Positions 20,986 to 30,581 of a stretch of DNA of 64,000 bases are shown piece after piece (position 1 is the first letter of the stretch; each line of letters begins with the position of its first letter). The notes under the pieces are model-generated. The model had not been told where the DNA came from. It ran no database searches and saw only the letters and a program-made list of their open reading frames with translations. This DNA is from an uncultured bacterium (lineage in GTDB: Bacteria; Patescibacteriota; Minisyncoccia; Phycocordibacterales; GWA1-40-21). The position numbers and the translations under genes were made by a program. The stretch spans positions 128,144 through 192,143 of the forward strand of contig CAILDB010000014.1 of assembly GCA_903832855.1 (NCBI GenBank), given 5' to 3'.

Positions 20986-22526
20986 GCCCGGTGAGGGCGA
21001 TGAAATAGACCTGAAACCATATGCTTACAAGGAGTCGGAGCGGGCTGGACATTGTGTCTAACTTGCAAAGATTTAAATTATTATTTTTTGGTACGCGAAA
21101 ATTTCTAGCAAGAAATTTTCGCGTGCTAAAAAATTATTTAACTTTTTGCAAAATTGTTAGTCATAGTGTCCAGTCCGTCACGGCGTGCCTATTGAAGAAT
21201 GAGCCAACGAGTTGATGTATGAAGCGGGCTAAGCCCTTTGCCGGGTGGAGCCATAGCGAAAGCGAGTATGAATAGTGCGTTTGTTTTATACATCAGACCC
21301 GAAACCAGAGCGAGCTTGTCTTGAGCAGGATGAACCTTTGAGAAATCAAAGGGGAGGTCCGAACCGTTGAGCCGTGCAAAACTCTCGGATGACTTGAGAT
21401 AAGAAGTGAAAAGCTAATCGAGCCTGGTAATAGCTGGTTCTCTCCGAAATAGCTTTTGGGCTAGCGTCAGATGTACCTTCTAGGGGTAGAGCACTGGAAG
21501 GTCTCGACAGGTGGAAACATCGCGAGACCTATCAAACTCCGAATACTAGAAATTAATTATCTGGCAGTTAGACTGTGGAGGCTAAGCCCCATGGTCAAAA
21601 GGGAAACAGCCCGCATCTCTATTTAAGGTCCCTAAATCTACACTAAGTGTACTTAAGGTGGTGTTTTTTCTCAGACAGCAAGGAGGTTGGCTTAGAGGCA
21701 GCCATCCTTTAAAGATAGCGTAACAGCTCACTTGCTAAGAGATTTCGCGCCGCAGATAATCGGGGCTAAGTGTGGTACCGAAACTGAGGACTGTATTTTA
21801 CTTCGGTAAAATGTAGTGGTAGGAGAGTATTCCAATCTGCAATGAAGCCAAAGAGGTGACTCATGGTGGAGCGATTGGAAGTAAGAATGTTGGCACAAGT
21901 AACCGCAATGCAGGTGAGAATCCTGCACGCCGAAAAACCAAGGTTTCCTTCGCGATGGTAATCAGCGAAGGGTTAGTCGGTCCTAAGGGGATGGCGATAG
22001 CCGAACCCGATGGGCATATGGTTAATATTCCATAACTTTTGTGTATTGCGATGAGTTGACGGAATTTAGTATGTTTGGCACATTATCGGATTTGTGTCCG
22101 TGTTGTCAGGGTGATGTCTAGGAAAATCCGGATGTCTTTCTTTAATGATAAATCCAAGCAAAGCGGAAATTCTGCACTTCGGTGCGGGAGATCAAACAAA
22201 GCAGATTTCCAAGAAAATTCTCTAAGCATAAATACATAAAAACCGTACCGCAAACCGACACAGGTGGTTTGCTCGAGTAGAGTAAGGCGAACGAGTGATA
22301 GATCTTCAAGGAACTCGGCAAAGAAGCAGCCGTAAGTTCGCAATAAGGCTTGCCTCTCGCAAGAGAGGCCGCAGCTAAAGATTTCCTGCTAACTGTTTAA
22401 CAAAAACACAGCTCCCTGCGAACTCGTAAGAGGATGTATAGGGGGTGACACTTGACCAATGCCAGAAGGTCAACCGGCGACGTTGTATGAATCGCAAGAT
22501 TTATATGGTGATTGTCGTAAGCCCTG

Positions 22527-22561
<35 letters not shown>

Positions 22562-22766
22562 TCTCAACTTATTTTATAATGAGTTGAGAAGGACTGGGAC
22601 TGTTAAAATTATCGGTCTTGATAAACAAAATAATAAATTACATTAAAGCTACCTAATACATAGTAATATGTATTTAGTCCAAACATAGTTAACTAGAGAC
22701 CAACGCTATGCATCCGATCTCAGCAATGAGAGGATGAAGATAGAGTCCAACCCTAAGGAATGGTCG
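22562..22766 (+). mobile_element. Group I intron at L1931 (E. coli numbering), ORF-less, 205 nt
   Basis: Interrupts CCTAAGGT|AGCGAAATTCC; follows U, ends in G; AACTAGAGAC and GAAGATAGAGTC core-like motifs. Confidence 0.85.
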
Positions 22767-23095
22767 AGCGAAATTCCTTGTCAGGTAAGTTCTGACGTGC
22801 TTGAATAGTGTAATGAGTGGGAAACTGTCTCGAAGATCAGCTCGGTGAAAATGCAATACCGGTGAAGATGCCGGTTACCTGCAGTTAGACGAAAAGACCC
22901 TAGAAGCTTTACTGCAACTTGATATTGAGTATATGTTTTGGATGCGTAGCGTAGACGGGAGGATTTGAAGTTTTTCTTTCGGGGGAAATGGATCCGCAAG
23001 TGAAATACCGTTCTTTTTGAATATATATTCTAATCTGTGCGTAAAAACCGCATAGAAACAGTATCTGGTGGGTAGTTTTAGTGGGGCGCTATCCT

Positions 23096-23991
23096 TCGGG
23101 ATATAACCAAATTTTGGTTGTGTCTCGAAGCCGTTGCGCCCCCAGAGGAGTTCACCTCAAAACAAATAAAAAAGGGGGACCATAGTGAGTAATCATTATG
23201 AGAAAAGTTGGTAATATCGGTAGACATCTTATGTTACAATAAGACAATACCGAGGGAAACCGCAAGGTACCCGTAGAGACTATAACCCAACCATCTTAAA
23301 AAAGATGATGATATAGTCCGATCTTTATGGCGACATAAAGCTTGCGTCGTAAGCAAGAACCATGAATACAAAAGAAATTAGAGACTATAAAGCAAATCTC
23401 AAACTTTCTGAAACACAGAAATCAATTTTATTTGGCACTTTGCTAGGTGATGGACATTTAGAGACACAAGATAATGGTAAAACATATCGTCTCAAGATAG
23501 AACATTCAACCAAGCAAAATGATTATACCGATTGGTTACATAATCAGCTGAAAGAATGGATTAGAGGTGGAGTATATAAGAAAAACAAAAAGAATCGAGA
23601 ATATGTTGGTTTTACCACTTATTCTCATAAGGAATTCAGAGCTTATGCAGAATTATTTTACGATAATTTTGGTAAAAAAAGAATCCCTAAAATATTCAGA
23701 GAATTAATTGATCCTTTATCATTAGCCATTTGGTTTATGGATGATGGATCGTTAAAATCTTTAAGGCACAGAACTTATATAATTCATTCACTTGGTTTTC
23801 AGAGGAAAGATTTGGAATTAGTCCAAGATTCATTATTGAAAAAGTTTAATATTGAATCAAGTCTTCATAAACAAAAAGGAAAATATTTGAGAATATATAT
23901 CCTATCAAAATCAGCAGAAATGTTTGAAAATTTGATAATGAAATATGTCTCTATTATTCCATCTATGAAGCATAAAATGGTTAACAAAATG
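23096..23991 (+). mobile_element. Group I intron at about L2262
   Basis: Interrupts GGGGCGCTATCCT|CCTAAAAAGTAACGG; ACCGAGGGAA, CCGTAGAGACTA, GATATAGTC; ends in G. Confidence 0.88.
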
Positions 23992-24003
23992 CCTAAAAAG
24001 TAA
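23362..24003 (+). CDS. LAGLIDADG homing endonuclease (two motifs)
   Basis: LFGTLLGDG and LAIWFMDDG. Confidence 0.9.
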   Translation: MNTKEIRDYKANLKLSETQKSILFGTLLGDGHLETQDNGKTYRLKIEHSTKQNDYTDWLHNQLKEWIRGGVYKKNKKNREYVGFTTYSHKEFRAYAELFYDNFGKKRIPKIFRELIDPLSLAIWFMDDGSLKSLRHRTYIIHSLGFQRKDLELVQDSLLKKFNIESSLHKQKGKYLRIYILSKSAEMFENLIMKYVSIIPSMKHKMVNKMPKK

Positions 24004-24236
24004 CGGAGGAGCCTATTAAGGTTAGCTAACCGCGAATGGAAACCGTGGTGATAGTGTATTGGCACAAGCTAGCTTGACTGTGAGATTTACACATCAAACA
24101 GGTGCGAAAGCAGAGCAAAGTGAACCGACCATTCGCATTAGATGCGATGGGAGATTATCGGACAAAAGCTACTCTAGGGATAACAGGCTAGTTCCGCCTA
24201 AGAGTTCATATCGACGGCGGAGTTCGGCACCTCGAT

Positions 24237-25175
24237 AAACACCGAATGTCGAGGTTATAAATCAGCTCATAACGGAGAACGCCATAATCGCGAAAGTATA
24301 TCTGAGATGGTATACTAAAATTATGGTCAACACCGTGGGAAGTTATGAAAAAAATAAACATTGGACTAGGAAATGGTCAGCTTTTAAAAGCAAAACTGAA
24401 AATTCTTTTCTAAATCCTATACAAAAATCCTTATTAATTGGATCAATGTTAGGAGATGGAACCATGAGAATGGGAAAGAATGCGACGAATGCAAATTTTA
24501 AAGTTGATCACGGTCTCAAGCAAAAAGAATATGTTTTCTGGAAATACGAGATTTTAAAAAATTTCGTACCTACTCCACCCAAACTTAGTTATCGCACAAA
24601 TTTAAATGGTGTGCGATACGAAAAGTCCTGGTGGTTTAGAACAGTAAGACATCCATTATTAACCGATATTTATTATTGGTTTTATAAAACAAAGTCATAT
24701 AGATGTGGGACAAAAATTGTTCCATTAGATTTGTGTGATTTTTTGGATCCGCTGGCCATGGCCGTGTGGATTATGGATGACGGTTCATATTCAAGAAAAA
24801 GGCTTGATATCAGCACCTATTCCTTCACTTTACAAGAAGTTAAATTTCTTTGCTTAATTATTAAGAAGAAATTTAAGATAAACATGTTGTATCATATGGA
24901 TAGAGATAAAGGCTATCGAATGTATGCAAATATGTTGGAAACAAAAAAACTTGTAGACCTGATAAAACCATATATCATTCAAACAATGATGTATAAAACA
25001 GGAAATATCATAACCCCGTAACGACTGAATTTATCACTAAATGTTTAGTGATAATGAAGATAGTAAGCAATTACTATAAAACGCTGGTATTTTAGATGGT
25101 ATCTAAAATAAAGGTATAGTCTATTCCACTAGTAATAGTGGCCGTGTGGTAGGAATACTACACATAAGTAATATG
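24237..25175 (+). mobile_element. Group I intron at L2504 (peptidyl transferase centre)
   Basis: Interrupts CACCTCGAT|GTCGGCTC; CCCGTAACGACTG, GGTATAGTC; ends in G. Confidence 0.9.
24323..25021 (+). CDS. LAGLIDADG homing endonuclease (two motifs)
   Basis: LIGSMLGDG and MAVWIMDDG; start codon uncertain. Confidence 0.9.
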   Translation: MVNTVGSYEKNKHWTRKWSAFKSKTENSFLNPIQKSLLIGSMLGDGTMRMGKNATNANFKVDHGLKQKEYVFWKYEILKNFVPTPPKLSYRTNLNGVRYEKSWWFRTVRHPLLTDIYYWFYKTKSYRCGTKIVPLDLCDFLDPLAMAVWIMDDGSYSRKRLDISTYSFTLQEVKFLCLIIKKKFKINMLYHMDRDKGYRMYANMLETKKLVDLIKPYIIQTMMYKTGNIITP

Positions 25176-25264
25176 GTCGGCTCATCTTATCCTGGGGGTG
25201 GAGAAGCTCCCAAGGGTATGGCTGTTCGCCATTTAAAAAGATACGCGAGCTGGGTTCAAACCGT

Positions 25265-26019
25265 ATAGAAGTCAAATTTTGACTTTTTTACAGTTTGAAT
25301 CCCACGAGAGAATAATTATTTTCGTTTAGAAAATTTACCCATTCAAATTTTTAATTCATATTTAAAATTTGTGTGGGCGATAATGATAGATAAGAGAAAC
25401 AATCAAATCACGGCGGCTATTATTTTTTAAATAATAGACCAAGCTGATTTATATCGGTGGAGTCCATTTAAAAGTGGATAATACCGAGGGAAGTTTGTGA
25501 ATTTTGTTGAGGAAAAATGTGGGGGAATTCGATTATCCCAAGTGGATCGCACGGTAATGCGTGGAGCACCACTTGGAGCGGCGCAAGTTCGGCTTGGCCA
25601 TCGTAATTCCCTCACTTCAATTAAGAGAAAGAGACGTGTGGTTTCTGGACGCATAGTTGCCAATACTAGGGACTGATTCGTTTGGCCCTTTCGGGGGTCG
25701 GCGAAGGTACCATAAATTAAAAAAAGGCGACGATCTGCGTTCTTACGAGGTCCAAACCCTCGCACACGTTTCCTTAATGTTCTTTTCAGCAAGTGTGGGG
25801 TGGTAGCTCAAGGTTGGGGAAATCCCTGGCCAGGAAGAGTGCGAAGATGGCATCTTCGAGGTTGCAGGTTCAACTCCTGCCCATCCCACCAAACCTTACA
25901 ATCGTGTAAGGTCTTCAACAAAATTCATAAACACCCGTAGAGACTAAATATCAGCAGTTATGAAAGCAATTTCATAATGAAGCTATAGTCCATTGCAACG
26001 AGTAATCGTTGGTAACAAG
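25265..26019 (+). mobile_element. Group I intron at L2593 without endonuclease, carrying RNA cargo
   Basis: Interrupts TTCAAACCGT|CGTGAGACAG; ATCGGTG...ACCGAGGGAAG, CCGTAGAGACTA, GCTATAGTC; ends in G. Confidence 0.9.
25797..25891 (+). tRNA. tRNA-Ala(GGC)-like gene with enlarged D-loop, inside the intron
   Basis: Acceptor GGGGTGG/CCATCCC + ACCA; D stem GCTC/GAGT; CGAAG-ATGGCAT-CTTCG; GCAGG-TTCAACT-CCTGC. Confidence 0.75.
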
Positions 26020-26082
26020 CGTGAGACAGGTTGGTCTCCTATCTACTGCAGGCGTTGATTTTTGAGGGGATTTGTTTTTAGT

Positions 26083-26909
26083 AAAATTTTGCTACTTCAG
26101 AGAGTAATCTCTGATGACAAAGTGGCTAATAACGGTGAAATCTAGTTTTAATCTGGATCTGTTGATAACTATTATTGGATAGGTCGTCCAATATGTAGTA
26201 CAATGGTATCAATTATGATACTTGAGGACCAGAAAAAAATAGACAATACCGTGGGAAGTCGATCTAGGATTAATCTAGCTTATATAGCAGGTTTTCTTGA
26301 TGGCGATGGAAGTGTAATGCTTCAAGTTAAGAAAAGACCGGATGGTAAAAATAAATTTAGGTTTATGGCTACTATCTGTTTTTATCAAGACACTCGTCAT
26401 GAGAGAGATCTGTATTGGATTAGAAAAGTTTTCGGAATTGGTTATATATCAAAAAGAAATGATGGTATGACTGAACTCCGAATAAATGGATATTCTCAGG
26501 TTGAGAATATTATTACATTGCTTTATCCTTTTGTGAGATTTAAAAAATCTCAATGTAAAAGTTTGTTGAAAGCGTGCAAAATACTTTCTAGTACAAAATA
26601 TAAGTTATTAAAAGAAAAGCAATTAAGAAAAGTCGTTAAATATATTTTGGAAATACAAAACCAGAATTATGTTACAAAACGAAAGAAAACTGAAGAAGAA
26701 TTGCTTAAAATCATAGGTTTGACCCCGTAACGACTTGTTCATTTATAAATGAACAGACTTGCATATAGAGGAATCGTTTCTCTGAAAACGACAGCTTATG
26801 CCTGTAATACGCCAACATCCAAGTTTCAAGGTGAAGATGGATGAAGATATAGTCTGCGCTCCTAGTGATAGGGGAACATCAGCCAACAAAAGTTGGTTAG
26901 ATATAAGCG
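26083..26909 (+). mobile_element. Group I intron at L2656 (sarcin-ricin loop)
   Basis: Interrupts TAGT|ACGAGAGGACC; CCCGTAACGACT, GAAGATATAGTC; ends in G. Confidence 0.9.
26203..26730 (+). CDS. LAGLIDADG homing endonuclease (single motif)
   Basis: LAYIAGFLDGDGS. Confidence 0.9.
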   Translation: MVSIMILEDQKKIDNTVGSRSRINLAYIAGFLDGDGSVMLQVKKRPDGKNKFRFMATICFYQDTRHERDLYWIRKVFGIGYISKRNDGMTELRINGYSQVENIITLLYPFVRFKKSQCKSLLKACKILSSTKYKLLKEKQLRKVVKYILEIQNQNYVTKRKKTEEELLKIIGLTP

Positions 26910-27259
26910 ACGAGAGGACCAAAATGAACGTACCTCTGGTGTGTCTGCTGTCCTGCCAAGGGCATCGCAGAGTAGCTATGTATGGAACGGATAAACTCTG
27001 AAAGCATCTAAGAGTGAAGCCGTCCCCAAGATTAGAAATCGTTATGAGACTCCTGGGAGATGACCAGGTTGATAGGTTGTAGCTGTAAGCACAGTGATGT
27101 GTTGAGGCGAGCAATACTAATTCGTCCATTCTTATTAGGAAATTTAAAAATCCAATTTGTATTATTTTTTTCGGTCTGCTGTGTGAAATTAATTATGTGG
27201 TTAAAATACCATTTATTTTCACAAGAAGTTTTTCTATAGATTAAGTATTGAGTTTTTAG

Positions 27260-27369
27260 TTCTGGTGGTTCGTCGCAGAGGTCACACCTGATCTCATTCC
27301 GAACTCAGAAGTTAAGCTCTGTTGAGGCGATGATAGTCCTTATGGGGCGAAAGTAGCTAGCCGCCGGAA
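27260..27369 (+). rRNA. rrf: 5S rRNA
   Basis: CACCTGATCTCATTCCGAACTCAGAAGTTAAGC...AAAGTAG; ends pair. Confidence 0.92.
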
Positions 27370-27420
27370 CTAAGAACTTAATCTAAAATAACACCAAATG
27401 CAAAAATGGTGTTTTTGATT

Positions 27421-27693
27421 TTGTCGCAGAATGTCCCGACTTACCAAGCTCAGAAGTTCCTCACAGATAATTTTCTGCTGAAAATTTCTGCGAACCCGTC
27501 TCGCACCGTCGTGCTCCGACTTTAAAGTTGGGTCCCATCCCAACTTTAACTCAGTTGAGGCGATGATAGTCCTTATGGGGTGAGTTTGGGATGGAACCCA
27601 AACGCAAGACCGGAGCGCGACGGCGCGAGGTAGGGCTGAAAGATTTTTTAGCAAAAAAATACTTTTGGCAAAGTAGCTAGCCGCCGGAACTAA
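27421..27693 (+). pseudogene. Degenerate 5S rRNA duplicate interrupted by two repeat elements
   Basis: Colinear 5S fragments GTCGCAGA, CTCAGAAGTT, GTTGAGGCGATGATAGTCCTTATGGGG, AAAGTAGCTAGCCGCCGGAACTAA. Confidence 0.75.
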
Positions 27694-27710
27694 ACGTTTA
27701 ATTTTTTAGA

Positions 27711-27749
27711 AAAAACCGCCCCCGAAATCTGATTTCGGGGGCGGTTTTG
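27711..27749 (+). terminator. Intrinsic terminator
   Basis: AAAACCGCCCCCGAAATC/GATTTCGGGGGCGGTTTT. Confidence 0.85.
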
Positions 27750-27786
27750 CCTTTGGTTTTTTGTTTAACTTTGCTATAATACTTTT

Positions 27787-28554
27787 ATGTCTTGGGCAAC
27801 CAGAAGAAAAGCAACATATCTTGGAACAATAATTTTGATTCTTGTTTTGGTTGTTATTGCTATTTCTTATTCCATTTTTTATAAAAAGGCGAGTTGCACG
27901 GATGGTATTCAGAATCAAAACGAAGCAGGAATTGATTGCGGAGGACCATGTCAGAATCTTTGCCGAGCAAGCTATGTTTCCCCAAACCTTCTTTGGACCG
28001 CAAAATCAAAAATAAAATCCACTGGACTTTACAGTGTCCTCGCATATCTTGAAAATCCAAACATTGGCGTGGGTTCCGGACCTGTCGGATATGATTTTCG
28101 GGTCTATGATAAAAACAGAATTTTGCTTGGAGAAAAAGTTGGCAAAACTACAATCCCATCAAACAAAAATTTTGCTGTCTTTGAAGATAATTTAAATTTA
28201 AATGATAAAGTTCCTGTAAATGTTGATTTTATTTTTACGCAAGCTATTCCTTGGCAGAAAATACAGAGTAAAGAGGAGTTTATCACGATTTCTTCGAAAG
28301 TAATGTCAAATACAGATACCAAGCCAAGATTGGATGTTGTTGTAAAAAACACATCTCTTTCTACTATTTCCAATATTGAACTCGTCGGAATTCTTTATGA
28401 TTCAAATGATAATGCCATCGCTTTTTCTAAAACAAAAATAGATCAGATTGCAGGGCAGGGGCAGGGAACCGCGGTATTTACTTGGCCCGAACCTTTCGGG
28501 AAAAATATTTACAGAATAGAAGTCGTGGCAAAAGTCCTTTCCTCTAGCAATTAA
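27787..28554 (+). CDS. Membrane-anchored hypothetical protein with Cys module
   Basis: TM followed by CTDGIQNQNEAGIDCGGPC. Confidence 0.75.
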   Translation: MSWATRRKATYLGTIILILVLVVIAISYSIFYKKASCTDGIQNQNEAGIDCGGPCQNLCRASYVSPNLLWTAKSKIKSTGLYSVLAYLENPNIGVGSGPVGYDFRVYDKNRILLGEKVGKTTIPSNKNFAVFEDNLNLNDKVPVNVDFIFTQAIPWQKIQSKEEFITISSKVMSNTDTKPRLDVVVKNTSLSTISNIELVGILYDSNDNAIAFSKTKIDQIAGQGQGTAVFTWPEPFGKNIYRIEVVAKVLSSSN

Positions 28555-28560
28555 TCCGAT

Positions 28561-29709
28561 ATGAATGTAAGTATTTTCAAAAAGCCACTACCATTAATAG
28601 GTAAGGTTGATATTGATTGGATTTTGTTTTTTTCTGCCTTTTGTATTTCTGTGCTCGGACTTTTGACAATGAATTCTTTTACCGGTGACAGCAGTTTCTT
28701 TTTTAAACAAACACTTTGGCTCATTGTCGCAACCCTCGCATTTTTTTTCTTTAGTTTTTTTGATTTCAGATTTTTGAGAAAAACGAGTGTCGTGGTCACT
28801 ATTTTTGTTTTTTCTTTTTTCTTGTTGCTTGCCTTGTTTGCTGTCGGAAAAGTTTCAAAAGGCGCGGAAAGCTGGTTTAACTTTGGTTCTTTTGCTTTTC
28901 AACCAGTTGAATTTGTAAAGCTCGCCCTCATCATTCTCTTTGCAAAATATTTTTCCAGAAGACATATTGAAATTGCAAATATTCGCCACATTATTGTTTC
29001 TGGATTTTATGCTTTTGTCGTTTTTGCCCTTGTTCTATTTCAGCCGGATTTTGGTTCTGCTCTCGTCATACTTTTGATTTGGCTTGGAATGATTTTGGTT
29101 TCTGGTGTCTCAAAAAAACATTTATTTATTGTTTTTGCTCTCGGTATGCTTGCCTTCGGCGTGCTTTGGGGATTTGTCCTGCAGGATTATCAGAAACAAA
29201 GGGTCATAAACTTTATTCATCCTCTCGCCGATATTCGTGGAGCAGGATACAGCGCGTATCAGTCCACTATTGCTGTGGGTTCTGGACAAATGCTTGGTAA
29301 GGGCGTTGGTTACGGCACTCAATCCAAACTCCAATTTTTGCCAGAATATCACACCGACTTTATTTTTGCCGCGTTTGCGGAAGAGTGGGGTTTTGTTGGA
29401 GTGATAATTTTGTTTGGACTTTTTGGCACGCTCTTAGCACGACTATTATTTAATTCTTATTATGGTGCAACAAATTTTGAAATACTTTTCGGGCTTGGTC
29501 TTGCTATTTTATTTATAAGTCACTTCATCGTAAATGTCGGAATGAATATAGGCCTGATGCCTGTCACGGGTATTACTTTCCCGTTTATGAGCTACGGTGG
29601 TACAAATCTTTTAATATCTTTTTCTTGTCTTGGAATTTTAATGGGTATGCGAAAATACCGCAGAGCTACTCACCGAGATGTAATGAGCAATGAATTTTTG
29701 GGGCTTTAG
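28561..29709 (+). CDS. rodA: SEDS peptidoglycan polymerase RodA
   Basis: QPVEFVK, QPDFG, LPEYHTDF, PFMSYGG. Confidence 0.88.
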   Translation: MNVSIFKKPLPLIGKVDIDWILFFSAFCISVLGLLTMNSFTGDSSFFFKQTLWLIVATLAFFFFSFFDFRFLRKTSVVVTIFVFSFFLLLALFAVGKVSKGAESWFNFGSFAFQPVEFVKLALIILFAKYFSRRHIEIANIRHIIVSGFYAFVVFALVLFQPDFGSALVILLIWLGMILVSGVSKKHLFIVFALGMLAFGVLWGFVLQDYQKQRVINFIHPLADIRGAGYSAYQSTIAVGSGQMLGKGVGYGTQSKLQFLPEYHTDFIFAAFAEEWGFVGVIILFGLFGTLLARLLFNSYYGATNFEILFGLGLAILFISHFIVNVGMNIGLMPVTGITFPFMSYGGTNLLISFSCLGILMGMRKYRRATHRDVMSNEFLGL

Positions 29710-29744
29710 GTTATCCGTTTAAATTAATACTATAGTAACAAGCC

Positions 29745-30311
29745 TTAATAAGGGGTTCTAGTATCAGGATAAAATATCGTCTTACATCCATCAGCACAAT
29801 TACCTCCAATAATTTGATAATTACCACACCATGAATCTTGGTGTGAACTATTTAGTGGATTTTCAAGGTTTGTACCGAGTATATAGCATTGTTGGTTTGA
29901 GTAAGGAGTAAAGTATGCTTCGGCTCTGCAATTCGATGGTCCAGAAGAAAGGTAACTTCCCCCTGTACAAGCGCCATCTCGAGATGGATCTTGTGGTAAA
30001 GAAGAAATATACTTTCCACCTACGATTGCATCATAAAATTCTGTATCCGAAGTCTCCCATTTAATCTCACCTGTTTGATTCATCGCCGCAACCCTGCCTG
30101 AAGTCCCCCAATCATGTAATTTTGGGTATTGGCCGTTGACGCTGTAATACATCTCTAAAGCATTTCTTAACTGAATTAATGATTGGATGCGTTGTGAATC
30201 TCTAGCTTTAGCTCTAGCGGTATTCATTGCTGATAAAACAATAGAAGAAAGCATCCCAATAATAGAAATAACTACAAGAAGCTCTATTAATGTGAACCCA
30301 TTTTTTTTCAT
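29745..30311 (-). CDS. Type IV pilin/pseudopilin
   Basis: MKKNG|FTLIELLVVISIIG N-methylation site. Confidence 0.9.
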   Translation of the reverse strand: MKKNGFTLIELLVVISIIGMLSSIVLSAMNTARAKARDSQRIQSLIQLRNALEMYYSVNGQYPKLHDWGTSGRVAAMNQTGEIKWETSDTEFYDAIVGGKYISSLPQDPSRDGACTGGSYLSSGPSNCRAEAYFTPYSNQQCYILGTNLENPLNSSHQDSWCGNYQIIGGNCADGCKTIFYPDTRTPY

Positions 30312-30313
30312 AA

Positions 30314-30499
30314 TTATTTTATAGCGAAATAAATTGCGACAGCGATACAAACGATAGAGATGATGACCATCACTACATTTGCACCTTTTTGATCTTTTAC
30401 CAAACCTGTTTTCATAACAAGTTTTGTAATAAAAGACTCGCTGTTTTCTGGCTTTCTCATTTCGTCTATTTTATACTCCTCAAATTCTACATCTGACAT
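30314..30499 (-). CDS. Small C-terminal-TM protein
   Basis: MSDVEFEE...ANVVMVIISIVCIAVAIYF. Confidence 0.6.
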   Translation of the reverse strand: MSDVEFEEYKIDEMRKPENSESFITKLVMKTGLVKDQKGANVVMVIISIVCIAVAIYFAIK

Positions 30500-30581
30500 A
30501 CAAGTATTATATAATCTTTTAAAAAACGACGCAACCATTTTTCCATTGCAAAAAAGTCAAAAATGTTTATACTACTACAAT

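Noticed and set aside
25669-25712. Hammerhead ribozyme in the intron cargo (CTGAT...CGAA)
   Set aside because: Lacks the CUGANGA and GAAA core.
25427-25792. 121 aa minus-strand ORF in the L2593 intron
   Set aside because: Antisense to structured RNA, with no recognisable motif.
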